Part shown: positions 14,509 through 25,959 of the stretch, piece after piece
Layout of the letters: every line of letters begins with the position of its first letter
How positions within the stretch are numbered: the first letter of the stretch is position 1
Origin: Owenia fusiformis
Taxonomy: Eukaryota
NCBI GenBank assembly: GCA_903813345.2
Contig: CAIIXF020000001.1
Location: 19,778,001-19,842,000 of the forward strand
DNA: 64,000 bases
Direction: 5' to 3'
Translations under genes and position numbers: made by a program
Notes under the pieces: model-generated
The model's database searches: none
The model's input: only the letters and a program-made list of their open reading frames with translations
Told to the model about the DNA's origin: nothing

Positions 14509-15388
14509 TAGTGGTGTCAATTAACTGCTTGAGCATTAACCGGTTAACCGGGTGTTTTTACCGGTTAAAGTCGGTTAACCGGCGGGAAATTTGAACTGAT
14601 AATTCCAAATGAAATCTTCATCTTCGATCTTGAAAGTTGAAAAAATGGAAAAAGGATATATCGGCGTTTATTTTTTACGTTCGTCAAGCGTTACTCTATT
14701 CATACACTACTTGACAACCGGTATCTCTAAATTACTTACCACATTGGTTTACCCTTGGAATCTCCACGAACGCACCGAAACAACGAGAATTGCAGCTGAT
14801 TAGTGTTTATTTTAATTTTAATTTTCTCACTACCAAAGCAAGGCTTTGACCTTTGACATTTTGGCGACGTTGATAGACAACAATAACAAACTGACGAATT
14901 AAAAAATGCATATAATTTATTTATGAAATTGTTTTGCAATTATGTAAAATTAAAGGAATTATCTGGCCTATGAGTTGATTACACATGGCTGACACTTGAA
15001 AAACAAACAGATTAACATGCAAAGTAAGGGGTTAAAGTTGCTGATTGGATGTTTGTAAGGAGTTATCGGACCTATCACATGTATGAGTAGCTCACATGAA
15101 ACTGACGCTTGAAAAACAAACAGATTAACATGCAAAGTAAGCGCGGGAAACCAATGTGGCAGGGATTAAAGTTGCTGATTGGATGTTTGTAAGGAGTTAC
15201 CGGACTTATGACATGTATGAGTAGCTTACGTGAAACTGACACTTTAAAACCAAACAGATTAGCATGCAATATAAGCGCGGGAAATAACAGAATTATACAT
15301 GGTCAACTAACCACCCATAAAAACACACAGACCGGTCAAGGCATTATCGGCGGTTAACCGGTTAACCGGTTAATACTTGACACCTCTA
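14509..15388. mobile_element. Non-autonomous hAT element
   Basis: Perfect 8-bp TSD GGAGGCTA; TIR TAGTGGTGTCAA / TTGACACCTCTA; subterminal TTAACCGG repeats; internal ~120-bp tandem repeats at ~14980-15280. Confidence 0.85.
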
Positions 15389-15902
15389 GGAGGCTAGGAT
15401 AAAAATGTTGTTGTTGTGTTGCATAAGCCGCTGTTTCCTCCCGGTGTTTCCTCGACAGTTCACCTCTTGTACTGTAAATTTTCTTTGTGCCCTCTCATCG
15501 ATGTGCTTAAATTTTCACTTGTGAGGAAAATATTATGCAAAAATATCTCGTCACGTGAAAAATTCTAAAATCAGCATTGAAATCTAATGGGCAATAGATT
15601 TGGAAGTGAATTCTGTGATGTCCCTGGGCTGATGTCCCTGCATTCACGATAAAATGCGTCAAGATGTGCTGATCTAGAAGAAACAAGATCCTTTTTCATC
15701 CCCAGGTCTTCATCATACTTTTTGCCATCATAAAATGGGATTCCCTGTATTCTTGTGACTATAGCAAAGCCAATACAAGTGATTAATTTCATTAAACATT
15801 GATGATTGAGCGATGGAGCAAGCCCAAGAATTCTAGAAAAATTGTGTACATAATTTCCGGACCTCAGAGAACAAACTTCCGGCTTGTTATTCAAAATAAA
15901 AA

Positions 15903-15970
15903 GTGCTACGTCTGGGAATCGAACCCACGCCGCAGAAGTGGATAGCGGGCACTCTAACCACTATACCAGT
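15903..15970 (-). pseudogene. tRNA-derived segment (pseudo-tRNA or SINE head)
   Basis: The minus strand has A box TGGTATAGTGG and B box GGTTCGATTCC at tRNA spacing, but no paired acceptor or anticodon stem. Confidence 0.55.
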
Positions 15971-16243
15971 GTGTTTTTCCATGATTGGAATATTTTTTTG
16001 CAACTCTATAGTGATATACATGTGTGAAATTTTTAAGTGGCATTCTGGGTTGAAAAACTTTCGAGAGTGTTGTTTTATTGTTTAGATGACGAAAACTTCA
16101 ATAAAAACAATATAAACACGGATTATAAACACAAAGGCTCTCTAGCCAAAACACTATGTTCACAGCTAAATAGCCTTAAATTTTAAGGCTCTTTAGCATT
16201 TTGGCTAAAGAGCCTTAAATTTTAAGGTACTCCAGACACTTCG

Positions 16244-16760
16244 TTTTCCTTTACATTCTTGGACTTAGAATGTTTTACGGTATATACTTGATAACTTTTA
16301 AGGCATGTCTTTTCAAAAAGCTTTACATTGGCCATATTCCTTTACATTCTTGGACTTCGAATATTTCACGAAACAAAGTTGTGAACTTTTTATGCAGGCG
16401 TTTTCAAAAAGCTTTACATTGGCAAAATTCCATTACATTCTTGGACTTAGATTATTTTACGATGTAAAGTAGATAACTTTTAATTCAGGCATTTTCAAAA
16501 AGCTTTACAATGGCCATTTTCCTTTACATTCTTGGACTTAGAATATTTTACGATCTATAGAAGTGAAATTTTATGGCATCCATTTTCAAAAAACTTTACA
16601 TTGGCCATATTCCATTACATTTTTGGACTTAGATTATATCAAGATTTAAAGTTGTAAACTATTATGTTATGTATTTTCAAAAAGGTTTACATTGGCCAAA
16701 TTCCTTTACATTCCTGGACTTAGCTCATTTTACGATTTAAGTTGTGAACTCTCATAGAAT
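16244..16760 (+). repeat. ~90-bp tandem array, left arm part 2 (~5-6 units, degenerating inward)
   Basis: The same unit resumes in register after the TSD of the 13369-16243 insertion. Confidence 0.9.
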
Positions 16761-17608
16761 GCTGTACATGTACATGTATTTCCACGCTTTACTGTCCCCT
16801 TTCCTTTAACCTACTTATTTTGACTTTTAGATTTGGTATTTGTTGGATTCTGTTCTTTCACGACGTACAGTACATGTAGAATTGTAAAAACCATATGTCA
16901 TTGGAGAGAATACAGTAAAGATCGCTAAATATAGAAATGAACTTGCATAGACAATAGTATTGATAGTGATTGAAGAAATCCCCAAGAGAGCCCCTCGAAT
17001 AGACGGGATTGTTTTCCCCGATCATCTTCAATACTTTCACAAGAGATGGTTGGAAATCGATCTAAAGTTATGCCTTATATTTCTAATTTGATGATAGAGT
17101 ATGATTCTAGGTGGGAAAGTCGTGTAAAAGGCGAGAAATGTTAAAAGAAATGAGAAAGTTTGACGGGCTTTTGACATGCGCAGAACTCATGCGCAGAAGC
17201 TCTTTTGGTAAAATGCCGATCAAATTTCTTAACTTTGAAACATTTCCTTCATTTTATGGACTATTTTGCGATAACATTAGAAAAACATGGTGTTGAACTT
17301 GAAAGCACCTAATGATAGATATTAATCGGGAGGATGTACCGGCCAATACTTAATATCGAAGGTAGAATACATATATGACATTTGACGCGCCGACCTCAGA
17401 GAAAACACTTCCGGTTTTATAACCAAAATCGATCAGAATATCTTATTGTAATGTAATTTCGCCAGACATCTGCTAATATGATATGTGAATATTTGTTGAT
17501 TTGATTGTTTATTACAAATTACTCAGAAGTACACGTAGGTACATGTAAGGGGAAGAACAAGTCAAGGTTTATATCGTAAAATAATCCGAGTCCAAGAATA
17601 TCTAAGTA

Positions 17609-17845
17609 CAGTTGGGGACATAAATAAATGACAGGTGGATTTGCTGAAGTGAGGATTTCCCATGTTAAAAATAAGAGAATTTACAAGAGGCCATAAATCA
17701 GTGGATGAGATTATACAAAATGTAAAATATACAAATTTTAAGGGATATGTATCTAGACAATATTGGAAATTATGGGCTTTCAGACCACCATAATTAGGAA
17801 ATGGTGATCGAAAATCGACCTGTCATTTATTTTTGTCCCCAACTG
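17609..17845. mobile_element. Tc1/mariner-type MITE
   Basis: TA TSD; ~34-bp TIR CAGTTGGGGACATAAATAAATGACAGGT / ACCTGTCATTTATTTTTGTCCCCAACTG. Confidence 0.85.
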
Positions 17846-17849
17846 TAAT

Positions 17850-17998
17850 ATATGGAGGACTTCCCACCATCCGTGGGCATTACACATTTATATTTCATTT
17901 TTGTACTTAAGTAGTTTGTAGTTATTTGTATGCTTTGTATATGACCCCTGATGGGGATTGAAATACAATAAAGCTAATAAATTTGAAATTTGAAATTT
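17850..17998 (+). mobile_element. Probable CR1/L2-type retroelement 3' tail
   Basis: T-rich tract, hairpin CCCC-TGAT-GGGG, AATAAA and a short (TTTGAAA)n tail interrupting the satellite. Confidence 0.4.
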
Positions 17999-20995
17999 GT
18001 AAAGGAAAATGGCCATTGTAAAGCTTTTTGAAAATGCATACTATAAAAGTTCACAACTTTCAATTCACTTCTATACATGTAGATTGTAAAATAATCTATA
18101 TCCAAGAATGTAAAGGAAAATGGCCAATGTAAAGCTTTTTGAAAATGCATGCCATAAAATTTCACCTCGTTAGATCGTAAAATAATCTAAGTCCAAGAAT
18201 GTAAAGGAATATGGCCAATGTAAAGCTTTTTGAAAATTCATTCTGTAAAATTTTACCTCGTTAGATCGTAAAATATTCTAAGTCCAAGAATGTAAAGGAA
18301 TATGGCCAATGTAAAGCTTTTTGAAAATGCATGCTATAAAAGTTCACAACTTCCAATCGCAAAATAATCCAAGTCCAAGAATGTAATGGAATTTCGGCAA
18401 TGTAAAGCTCTTTGAAAATGCCTGCATAAAAAGTTTACAACTTTGCTTCGTGAAATATTCTAAGTCCAAGAATGTAAAGGAATATGGCCAATGTAAAGCT
18501 TTTTAAAAATACATGCCTTGAAAGTTATCAAGTATCGTAAAATAATCTTAGTCCAAGAATGTAAAGGAATATTGCCAATGTAAAGGTTTTTGAAAATGCA
18601 TGCTATAAAAGTTCACAACTTTCAATCGCAAAATATTCTAAGTCCAAGAATGTAAAGGAAAATGGCCAATGTAAAGCTTTTTGAAAATGCATGCCATAAA
18701 ATTTACTTCTATAGATCGTAAAATAAATTAAGTGCAAGAATGTAAAGGAATATGGCCAATGTAAACCTTTTTGAAAATGCATGTTTAAAAGTTCACAACT
18801 TTCAATCGCAAAATAATCTAAGTCCAAGAATGTAATGGAATTTAGCCAATGTAAAGCTTTTTGAAAATGCTGTATAAAAAGTTCATGACTTTGTTTCGTG
18901 AAATATTCTAAGTCCAAGAATGTAAAGGAAAATGGCCAATGTAAAGCTTTTTGAAAATGCCTGCATAAAAAGTTCACAACTTTGCTTCGTGAAATATTCT
19001 AAGTCCAAGAATGTAAAGGAATATGGCCAATGTAAAGCTTTTTGAAAATGCATGCCATAAAATTTCACCTCGTTAGATCGTAAAATAATCTAAGTCCAAG
19101 AATGTAAAGGAATATGGCCAATGTAAAGCTTTTTGAAAATGCATGCTGTAAAATTTCACTTCTATAGATCGTAAAATAATCTAAGTCCAAGAATGTAAAG
19201 GAATATGGCCAATGTAAAGCTTTTTGAAAATGCATGCTATAAAAATTCACAACTTTCAATCACAAAATATTCTAAGTCCAAGAATGTAATGGAATTTCGC
19301 CAATGTAAAGCTTTTTGAAAATGCCTGCATAAAAAGTTCACAACTTTGCTTCGTGAAATATTCTAAGTCCAAGAATGTAAAGGAATATGGCCAATGTAAA
19401 GCTTTTTGAAAATACATGCCTTAAAAGTTCTCAAGTATACATCGTAAAATATTCTAAGTCCAAGAATGTAAAGGAAAATGGCCAATGTAAAGCTTTTTGA
19501 AAATGCATGCCATAAAATTTCACCTCGTTAGATCGTAACATAATCTAAGTCCAAGAATGTAAAGGAATATAGCCAATGTAAAGCTTTTTGAAAATGCATG
19601 CCATAAAATTTCACTTCTATAGATCGTAAAATAATCTAAGTCCAAGAATGTAAAGGAATATGGCCAATGTAAAGCTTTTTGAAAATCCATGCTATAAAAG
19701 TTCACAACTTTCAATCGCAAAATAATCTAAGTCCAAGAATGTAATGGAATTTCGCCAATGTAAAGCGTTTTGAAAATGCCTGCATAAAAGGTTCACAACT
19801 TTGCTTCGTGAAATATTCGAAGTCCAAGAATGTAAAGGAATATGGCCAATGTAAAGCTTTTTTAAAATACATGCCTTGAAAGTTATCAAGTATATATCGT
19901 AAAATATTTTAAGTCCAAGAATGTAAAGGAAAATGGTCAATGTAAAGCTTTTTGAAAATATATGCCATAAAATTTCACTTCTATAGATCGTAAAATAATC
20001 TAAGTTCAAGAATGTAAAGGAATATGGCCAATGTAAAGCTTTTTAAAAATGCATGCTGTATGATTTTACTTCTATAGATCGTAAAATAATCTAACTCCAA
20101 GAATGTAAAGGAATATGGCCAATGTAAAGCTTTTTTAAAATGCATGCTATAAAAGTTCACAACTTTCAATCGCAAAATAATCTAAGTCCAAGAATGTAAT
20201 GGAATTTCGCAAATGTAAAGCTTTTTGAAAATGCCTGCATAAATAGTTCACAACTTTGCTTCGTGAAATATTCTAAGTCCAAGAATGTAAAGGAATATGG
20301 CCAATGTAAAGCTTTTTGAAAATGCATGCTGTAAAATTTCACTTCTATAGATCGTAAAATAATCTAAGTCCAAGAATGTAAAGGAATATGGCCAATGTAA
20401 AGCTTTTTGAAAATCCATGCTATAAAAGTTCACAACTTTCAATCGCAAAATAATCTAAGTCCAAGAATGTAATGGAATTTCGCCAATGTAAAGCTTTTTG
20501 AAAATCCATGCTATAAAAGTTCACAACTTTCAATCGCAAAATAATCTAAGTCCAGGAATGTAATGGAATTTCGCCAATGTAAAGCGTTTTGAAAATGCCT
20601 GCATAAAAGGTTCACAACTTTGCTTCGTGAAATATTCTAAGTCCAAGAATGTAAAGGAATATGGCCAATGTAAAGCTTTTTGAAAATACATGCCTTGAAA
20701 GTTATCAAGTATATATCGTAAAATATTTTACGTCCAAGAATGTAAAGGAAAATGGTCAATGTAAAGCTTTTTGAAAATGTATGCCATAAAATTTCACTTC
20801 TATAGATCGTAAAATAATCTAAGTTCAAGAATGTAAAGGAATATGGCCAATGTAAAGCTTTTTAAAAATGCATGCTGTAAAATTTCACTTCTATAGATCG
20901 TAAAATATTCTAAGTCCAAGAATGTAAAAAAATCAAGTCCAAGAATGTAATGGAATATCGCCAATGTAAAGCTTTTTGAAAATACATGCCTTAAA
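17998..20995 (-). repeat. ~90-bp tandem array, right arm (~33 units, inverted)
   Basis: Reverse complement of the left-arm unit (tctaagtccaagaatgtaaaggaatatggccaatgtaaagctttttgaaaatg). Confidence 0.95.
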
Positions 20996-21584
20996 AGTTA
21001 AGTTCAGTTAGTGGGATGTTTTTAAATTTCTCAACTCGTCATTGTAAAGAAAAAAAGCTTTACTTTAAAATGACATAAATTTTTGTCCCTAAATCTTGAC
21101 ATATATAGCCCCTGATATCTATATCAGATATTATTCTGGAAAAATGATATTTCTTCTAATGAATGGCTAAGCTCCCAGTCTCACCCTTGGTATACGCAGC
21201 TAACGAAAATTGACCGGTACGGGTCAAAAGCTGGACCGGTACGGGTTAACGGTTTTATTTGAATTTAAAACAGCCATAACTTGCTCAATATTGACTTCCT
21301 CGTGTCACTAATTTGAAATATATGATGCCTCCCGATGCTTTTAAGTACCCCAATTTTTTACAGATTTTTAAACGGACCAAAACTCTCTAAATGCGCATTC
21401 ATGCTTTTTTCTCTCGAGAACGACTGTCTCATTTTCACGATAACTTTTATTTAGTACTTCTAACATATAAGATCTATTTTTCCCCATCAAGGTATGATGT
21501 AAATGACATGCTATTTACATCTTGTGAGTTTCAATGACGCGCGTTTGATTTTATAAAAAATGCCAAACTTTGTGACAAAGAATT

Positions 21585-21960
21585 TGCAGCACAAGAAATG
21601 ACCAATCAGAGGGCTCCATTTTACAGGTCATACGATAATTATAAGTTATTGAATGATTTGAAGTGCAATACAGGATATATTCTGCTCGAGAAATTCCGTA
21701 TTGGAACGAGAAGAAGTCGAGTGCCAATACAGAATATCGAGACAGAACATATCCTGTATTGCACTTCAAATCATTCAATAACGTTTTTATTGTATGATCC
21801 TCTGTATTGCTACTGAGATAGTCCCTTCCGTACCACAATATTTTCTGTATTGCGACGGAGATGATCAACGGGGACAATCTCAGTAGCAATACAGTTTGGA
21901 ACAGCACAAGAACTGACCAATCAGAGGGCTTCACTTTACAGATCATACGATAATTTCTTT
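21585..21960. repeat. Direct plus inverted repeat module, probable transposon relic
   Basis: cagcacaagaa.tgaccaatcagagggct occurs at ~21587 and ~21903; inverted pair ttattgaatgatttgaagtgcaatacaggatat / atatcctgtattgcacttcaaatcattcaataa. Confidence 0.6.
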
Positions 21961-23269
21961 TACTGGAAATATTTTGATTCACATAATGATTGTCAAATAC
22001 AAAAGGGTAATACAAAAATTGAATGACTAAAACTGATGAATATTCAAGTTTAAGAGAACTTTCTATATACCCGCCATGTTATCTGACTCGATTAACCCAC
22101 CTGGTGGTGAAACTGGTAACTACCTATACTAACATCTGACTTATTGGATGCACGGTGTACTAATTTGCCACGTTTCTTGTGAATTTTGCAAAAGCCTAGA
22201 CACTCTTCCATGTAAGGTGTTCAAAACATAGGGGTCATATGAGTCAGTGGAAAAGTATTTGATTTTAAACTGTTCATTGGAACCAGGTGTTTGTTATATG
22301 TTCCATTGTTCCATTGGACAGATTTTACGACATTTTATACTCAAACAAGGTGGTTAAGAAGAGGATGAAATCAGCTCTTTTCAAACAGATTATAAATAAT
22401 ATTTCAAATTTTCAACATAACAAACTGTTAATTGTTTTAATCATTTTAAATTTTTATATTATATCATTTGTTTACAATCACATATAACAATTAATAAATA
22501 TGAAAATGATATGAATTGTGATGCTCTTGTAATTTACGCCGCTGTACAACACCAGGCCATTGGTTGTACCGTTGCGAACAATATGAGCGTTACCACAATA
22601 ACATCAAATCCAGAAATCTCCGGTCACTTTCTTTATCAGGAGAGCTGTCAACACATCTGATAAGAAGTGTTCTTAGCAGCTCTAGTGAAACTTGATGCTA
22701 TGTTGGTCTAATACAAGATGCAGCCTACTTGTAAATAAAATACGTTATCCATGTACGTAATATATGGTTCAACAAAAAACAGCAACTAAAAAACAACAAC
22801 TAAATATGAGAAACTTATGTGGTATATGCCATGTTTATGTGTCTGATCATATAATCTTCAAATTATCAATCAATTTCTTAAGAAATTGGCGAAATTAAGG
22901 AAACCAGAAAACACATTTAATGAAAGGGCGGTGTTTATAGGCTGTATGAAATGCCCCTGCATTAACGCTCACATATATGAGTTTTAAACAATAATTTAGT
23001 AGACTAAAGTGTTGATACGAAATCTCAGTAATAGTACCAGTTAGGAGATAAGGTGATGTCCGATTTAACATTACGATTGCTGGATATGTCAAATAATTTA
23101 AATACACTACAGAATAGAATACTAGCTAGTGTCTCAAAGCTATGACTGCCAGTCATGGTTGGACGGAGCTATTGTCTTTTGTCTATTCGCAGTGCAAATA
23201 GTTGGGGTGCAGGATCGAAACTTGGCACAGTCCACATTTCAGCAAACTGTCCATATGTTCTCATTTTGT

Positions 23270-25959
23270 TCACTGTAATTGAGCTGTCATTCCTTGGATG
23301 ATGTCAGTGTAGCAGTCTGCCCAAGCTTCGTTGTCGTAATTATCAATAGCTGCAGAAAAAATTTCTTCCAGGACTTGTCCAAATTGCTGAAAGATAATTG
23401 GATTGCGGAAGGTAATAAAATGGCATATGTTTGTATATTTCTTACTTCTATCATGGATACTTTAATTGGTGCGACACCCAAGGGACAAATTCCAGCCAAT
23501 CAAAACACAGTATTTCACTAATATGCAAATAAGAGTATTATTCTTTATTCTATTTTCCTAAATAGGTCGCCATAATTGTAAAGCGTTAAATAGAATCAAA
23601 TAATTGCCTAAGAAATAATTAACACCAAACGACGTATGTAGCCTATAGTTTTCATTAATTTTTCTGGATGGATTAACCTGTTAACATTGGAAAGAACTCT
23701 TCTAGTATCATGTTTTGAATTTTGGCTACGAATGTTACTGAAATTGCAGTCATCGTAAAGGCTACCCCACATATTTAATAATTTATAATTTTGTTCTTCA
23801 TAGTTCAACTTACAACGTAAACCTACCTCGAAATATTCGTATTTTAGATTTGGAATATTGGAATGGAAGGCGGCGAGATGTCCCAATTGTGATGAATATA
23901 CTTCAGGGTCTCCAAGCTCCGCAATAACATTACCAAGACCTCCCAGAACTCTGGCGCAATGGGCTTGGAATTTAGGTGAATTTGTGTCATCGCTGTCAAA
24001 CTTCGAGAACAGCGCTCTTGACTCAGGTGCTAACTTGAACAATCTGAAATAAATATTCAAAATATATGTGCTTTTGACTCGCTTATGCCACGATCGCACC
24101 GGGGATCGCACCACCCTGAAGGTTTACGCAAAACACCGACCGCCGACCACCGGCTGTCGGTCTTTTACACAAAGATGAAAAGATGCAAAATTAGAAGAAA
24201 GTAAAACTAAAAGTGGGAATCCAATGACTACAGTACCTTTACCCGACCTTTACAAGGTCGTAATTTAAAAATGTATTTATTCATTTCAAATCACGATGAA
24301 AAACGTAACATCGTCGTGGTGTGTATGTCATATTTTTAAGTGATGCCTCTGTTGTTATAAGACCTGGTTAGTCACTTTGGATTATGATGAGAAAACACAC
24401 GTAACATTGCATTTAGTTCATTTATATGAAACGCAATAACAAAAACACACTTAAGCCCGGTATACACCAATGGGGCAAAATCCCACTTGCCCCATCGAGT
24501 CCCATCTTGCCCCATCGAATCCCAATTTGCTCCATCGAATCCCACGAAGTCCTATGGGACCTTGATGACTTTGCCCCATCGTGCCCTATGGAGTCCCATC
24601 AAGCCCCATGGAGTCCCATCAAATCCCACCGTGCCCCATTGGTGTATGCCGGGCTTCACACAACACGTCATGTGATCGAAAATCCCACGATGCCCCATGG
24701 AAAGAATGAACATGTTCATTCTCGATGGGACTCCATGGGACTTCGTGGAATTTTGCCCCATCTTGCCCCATCGAGTCCCATGTGGGACTTCATGGGACCT
24801 CATGGGACTCGATGGGGCAAGATGGGGCAAAATCCCACGGAGTCCCATGGAGTCCCACGGACTTCATGGGGCAAAATCCCAAAAGGTCCCACGAGGTCCC
24901 ACGCAATGTTAAGTCTATGGAGGTCCCAACTTGCCCCATTGGTGTATACCGGTCTTTAGCATTGTCGGTGTTCACGTCGTAACGTAATGTTTGATATCTC
25001 AGTTGTTAAACGTCAACTGGTAAAAACTACATTCAATATTACAAAAACGCTTTCTAATGGTGTACTGAAATGGTTAGACTAGTCACTTTTAATCCCGATA
25101 AGAAAACGCACTTAACATTACATTGTGTTCAGAATTCAGTAGGCTAGCAAATCATTTTTATTTCGAAAATGAACGTTAGATTTCAGTAAAAGATTAGGAT
25201 AGATTCCCGTAGAAACGATAGGTTGGTTAATGGTAGGTCAGGAACCTAAGGCAGGACATTTAAATCGAGAGGAAACGATCATGCCAAATTTGTTTGCTTG
25301 CCTTTCGTTGAAAGGAACAAAATCTGAAAAACGTTGCCTACGATTGACATTCAAAATCGAATTATTAATATTTTAGGCTACAAATATGGTCGGTCTTCAA
25401 CATGATATGGTCTGTCCTTTTCTTCAAACCCTGTTTTGAGGTTACCAGTGGAAAACACCGACTGGTCTGTGGTCGGTAGGGTTGGTCTTTTTCGTAAACC
25501 CGTGGGTCCATGGGTGTATGGCGTTGACTTTTATGGATATTAACTAGATATTAACCCCATTGACACTTATATTACCATATGGACTTAATGTATTGTCTGA
25601 CCCATTTCATGAAAACCTGAATGGAATCTTTTAGTCTGTTAATGGACTTTCAAATTGAAAGCCCATGGTCTGTTCTTCAACAGGACTTCAGTATAAATGA
25701 AATGTGGGTAGGAGGAAATTTAGATTTCGATGAATCTGTGTAGTTTTGCCTGTATTTCCAAAAGTTCTGAAGGTGGCGAATCCATTTAATAAACATTGAC
25801 TTACGATCTAAACGCCGCTTTACCGACGACAGCCCTATGGTTATTGTACACCTGGTTCCATTGGGTCTGCACCTTGATTCTGTGCAAATCGTCTTTGCAG
25901 ATCCCTTGTACAACTACAGCGCCGACGACGAGGCAGGCAAATATTGCAAGGACCTTCAT
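23270..25959 (-). CDS. Secreted extracellular-type globin, paralog 1 (162 aa; exons 25959-25805, 24043-23827, 23386-23270)
   Basis: Signal peptide MKVLAIFACLVVGAVVVQG, then ICKDDLHRIKVQTQW...VVGKAAFRS|LFKLAPESRALF...FQAHCARVLGGL...HLAAFH...EYFE|QFGQVLEEIF...AWADCYTDIIQGMTAQLQ*. GT-AG introns at B12.2 and G7.0. Confidence 0.95.
24120..25501. mobile_element. TIR element in globin-1 intron, hosting the Harbinger-like MITE
   Basis: GGTTTACGCAAAACACCGACC ... GGTTGGTCTTTTTCGTAAACC inverted ends with CCGACC subrepeats; absent from the equivalent introns of the paralogs. Confidence 0.5.
24454..24955. mobile_element. PIF/Harbinger-like MITE with internal 10-11-bp repeats
   Basis: TTA TSD; TIR AGCCCGGTATACACCAATGGGGCAA / TTGCCCCATTGGTGTATACCGGTCT; internal CCCAT(C/G)GAGT repeats in both orientations. 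Confidence 0.8.

Larger units (their letters stand above)
13369..16243. mobile_element. Non-autonomous Mutator-like element inserted in the satellite arm
   Basis: 9-bp TSD TTTTCCTTT (13360-13368 and 16244-16252); long TIRs made of palindromic GAGCCTTAAAWTTTAAGGCTC subrepeats. Confidence 0.75.
11759..21101. mobile_element. Foldback-type element of ~9.3 kb with satellite-containing inverted arms
   Basis: Unique ~100-bp TIR (TGTCAAGATTTAGGGACAAAAATTTATGTCA... at 11759; its reverse complement ends at 21101), followed inward by oppositely oriented ~90-bp arrays. Confidence 0.85.

Noticed and set aside
15903-15970. Functional tRNA gene
   Set aside because: A and B boxes are present but a cloverleaf cannot be formed.
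12405-20828. Many ORFs with HFQKALHWPYSFTFLDL repeats
   Set aside because: Translation artefacts of the ~90-bp satellite, with frequent frameshifts and stops.
11870-20995. CRISPR-like repeat/spacer appearance
   Set aside because: The variable segments are mutually homologous and recur rather than being unique; there are no cas genes; the context is eukaryotic with introns.
23183-23201. Iron-responsive element (CAGTGC in a hairpin)
   Set aside because: CAGTGC is on the antisense strand, lacks the 5-bp upper stem with bulged C, and is absent in paralog 4.
23214-23272. SECIS element / selenocysteine readthrough (UGA stop, then AUGA...AAA...GA hairpin)
   Set aside because: The helix is longer than the 11-12 bp SECIS spacing, it lies only a few nt from the UGA, a second in-frame UGA follows after two codons, and paralog 4 ends in UAA.
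24426-24982. 177-aa and overlapping Pro/Gly/His-rich ORFs
   Set aside because: They arise from the short internal repeats of the Harbinger-like MITE in a globin intron.
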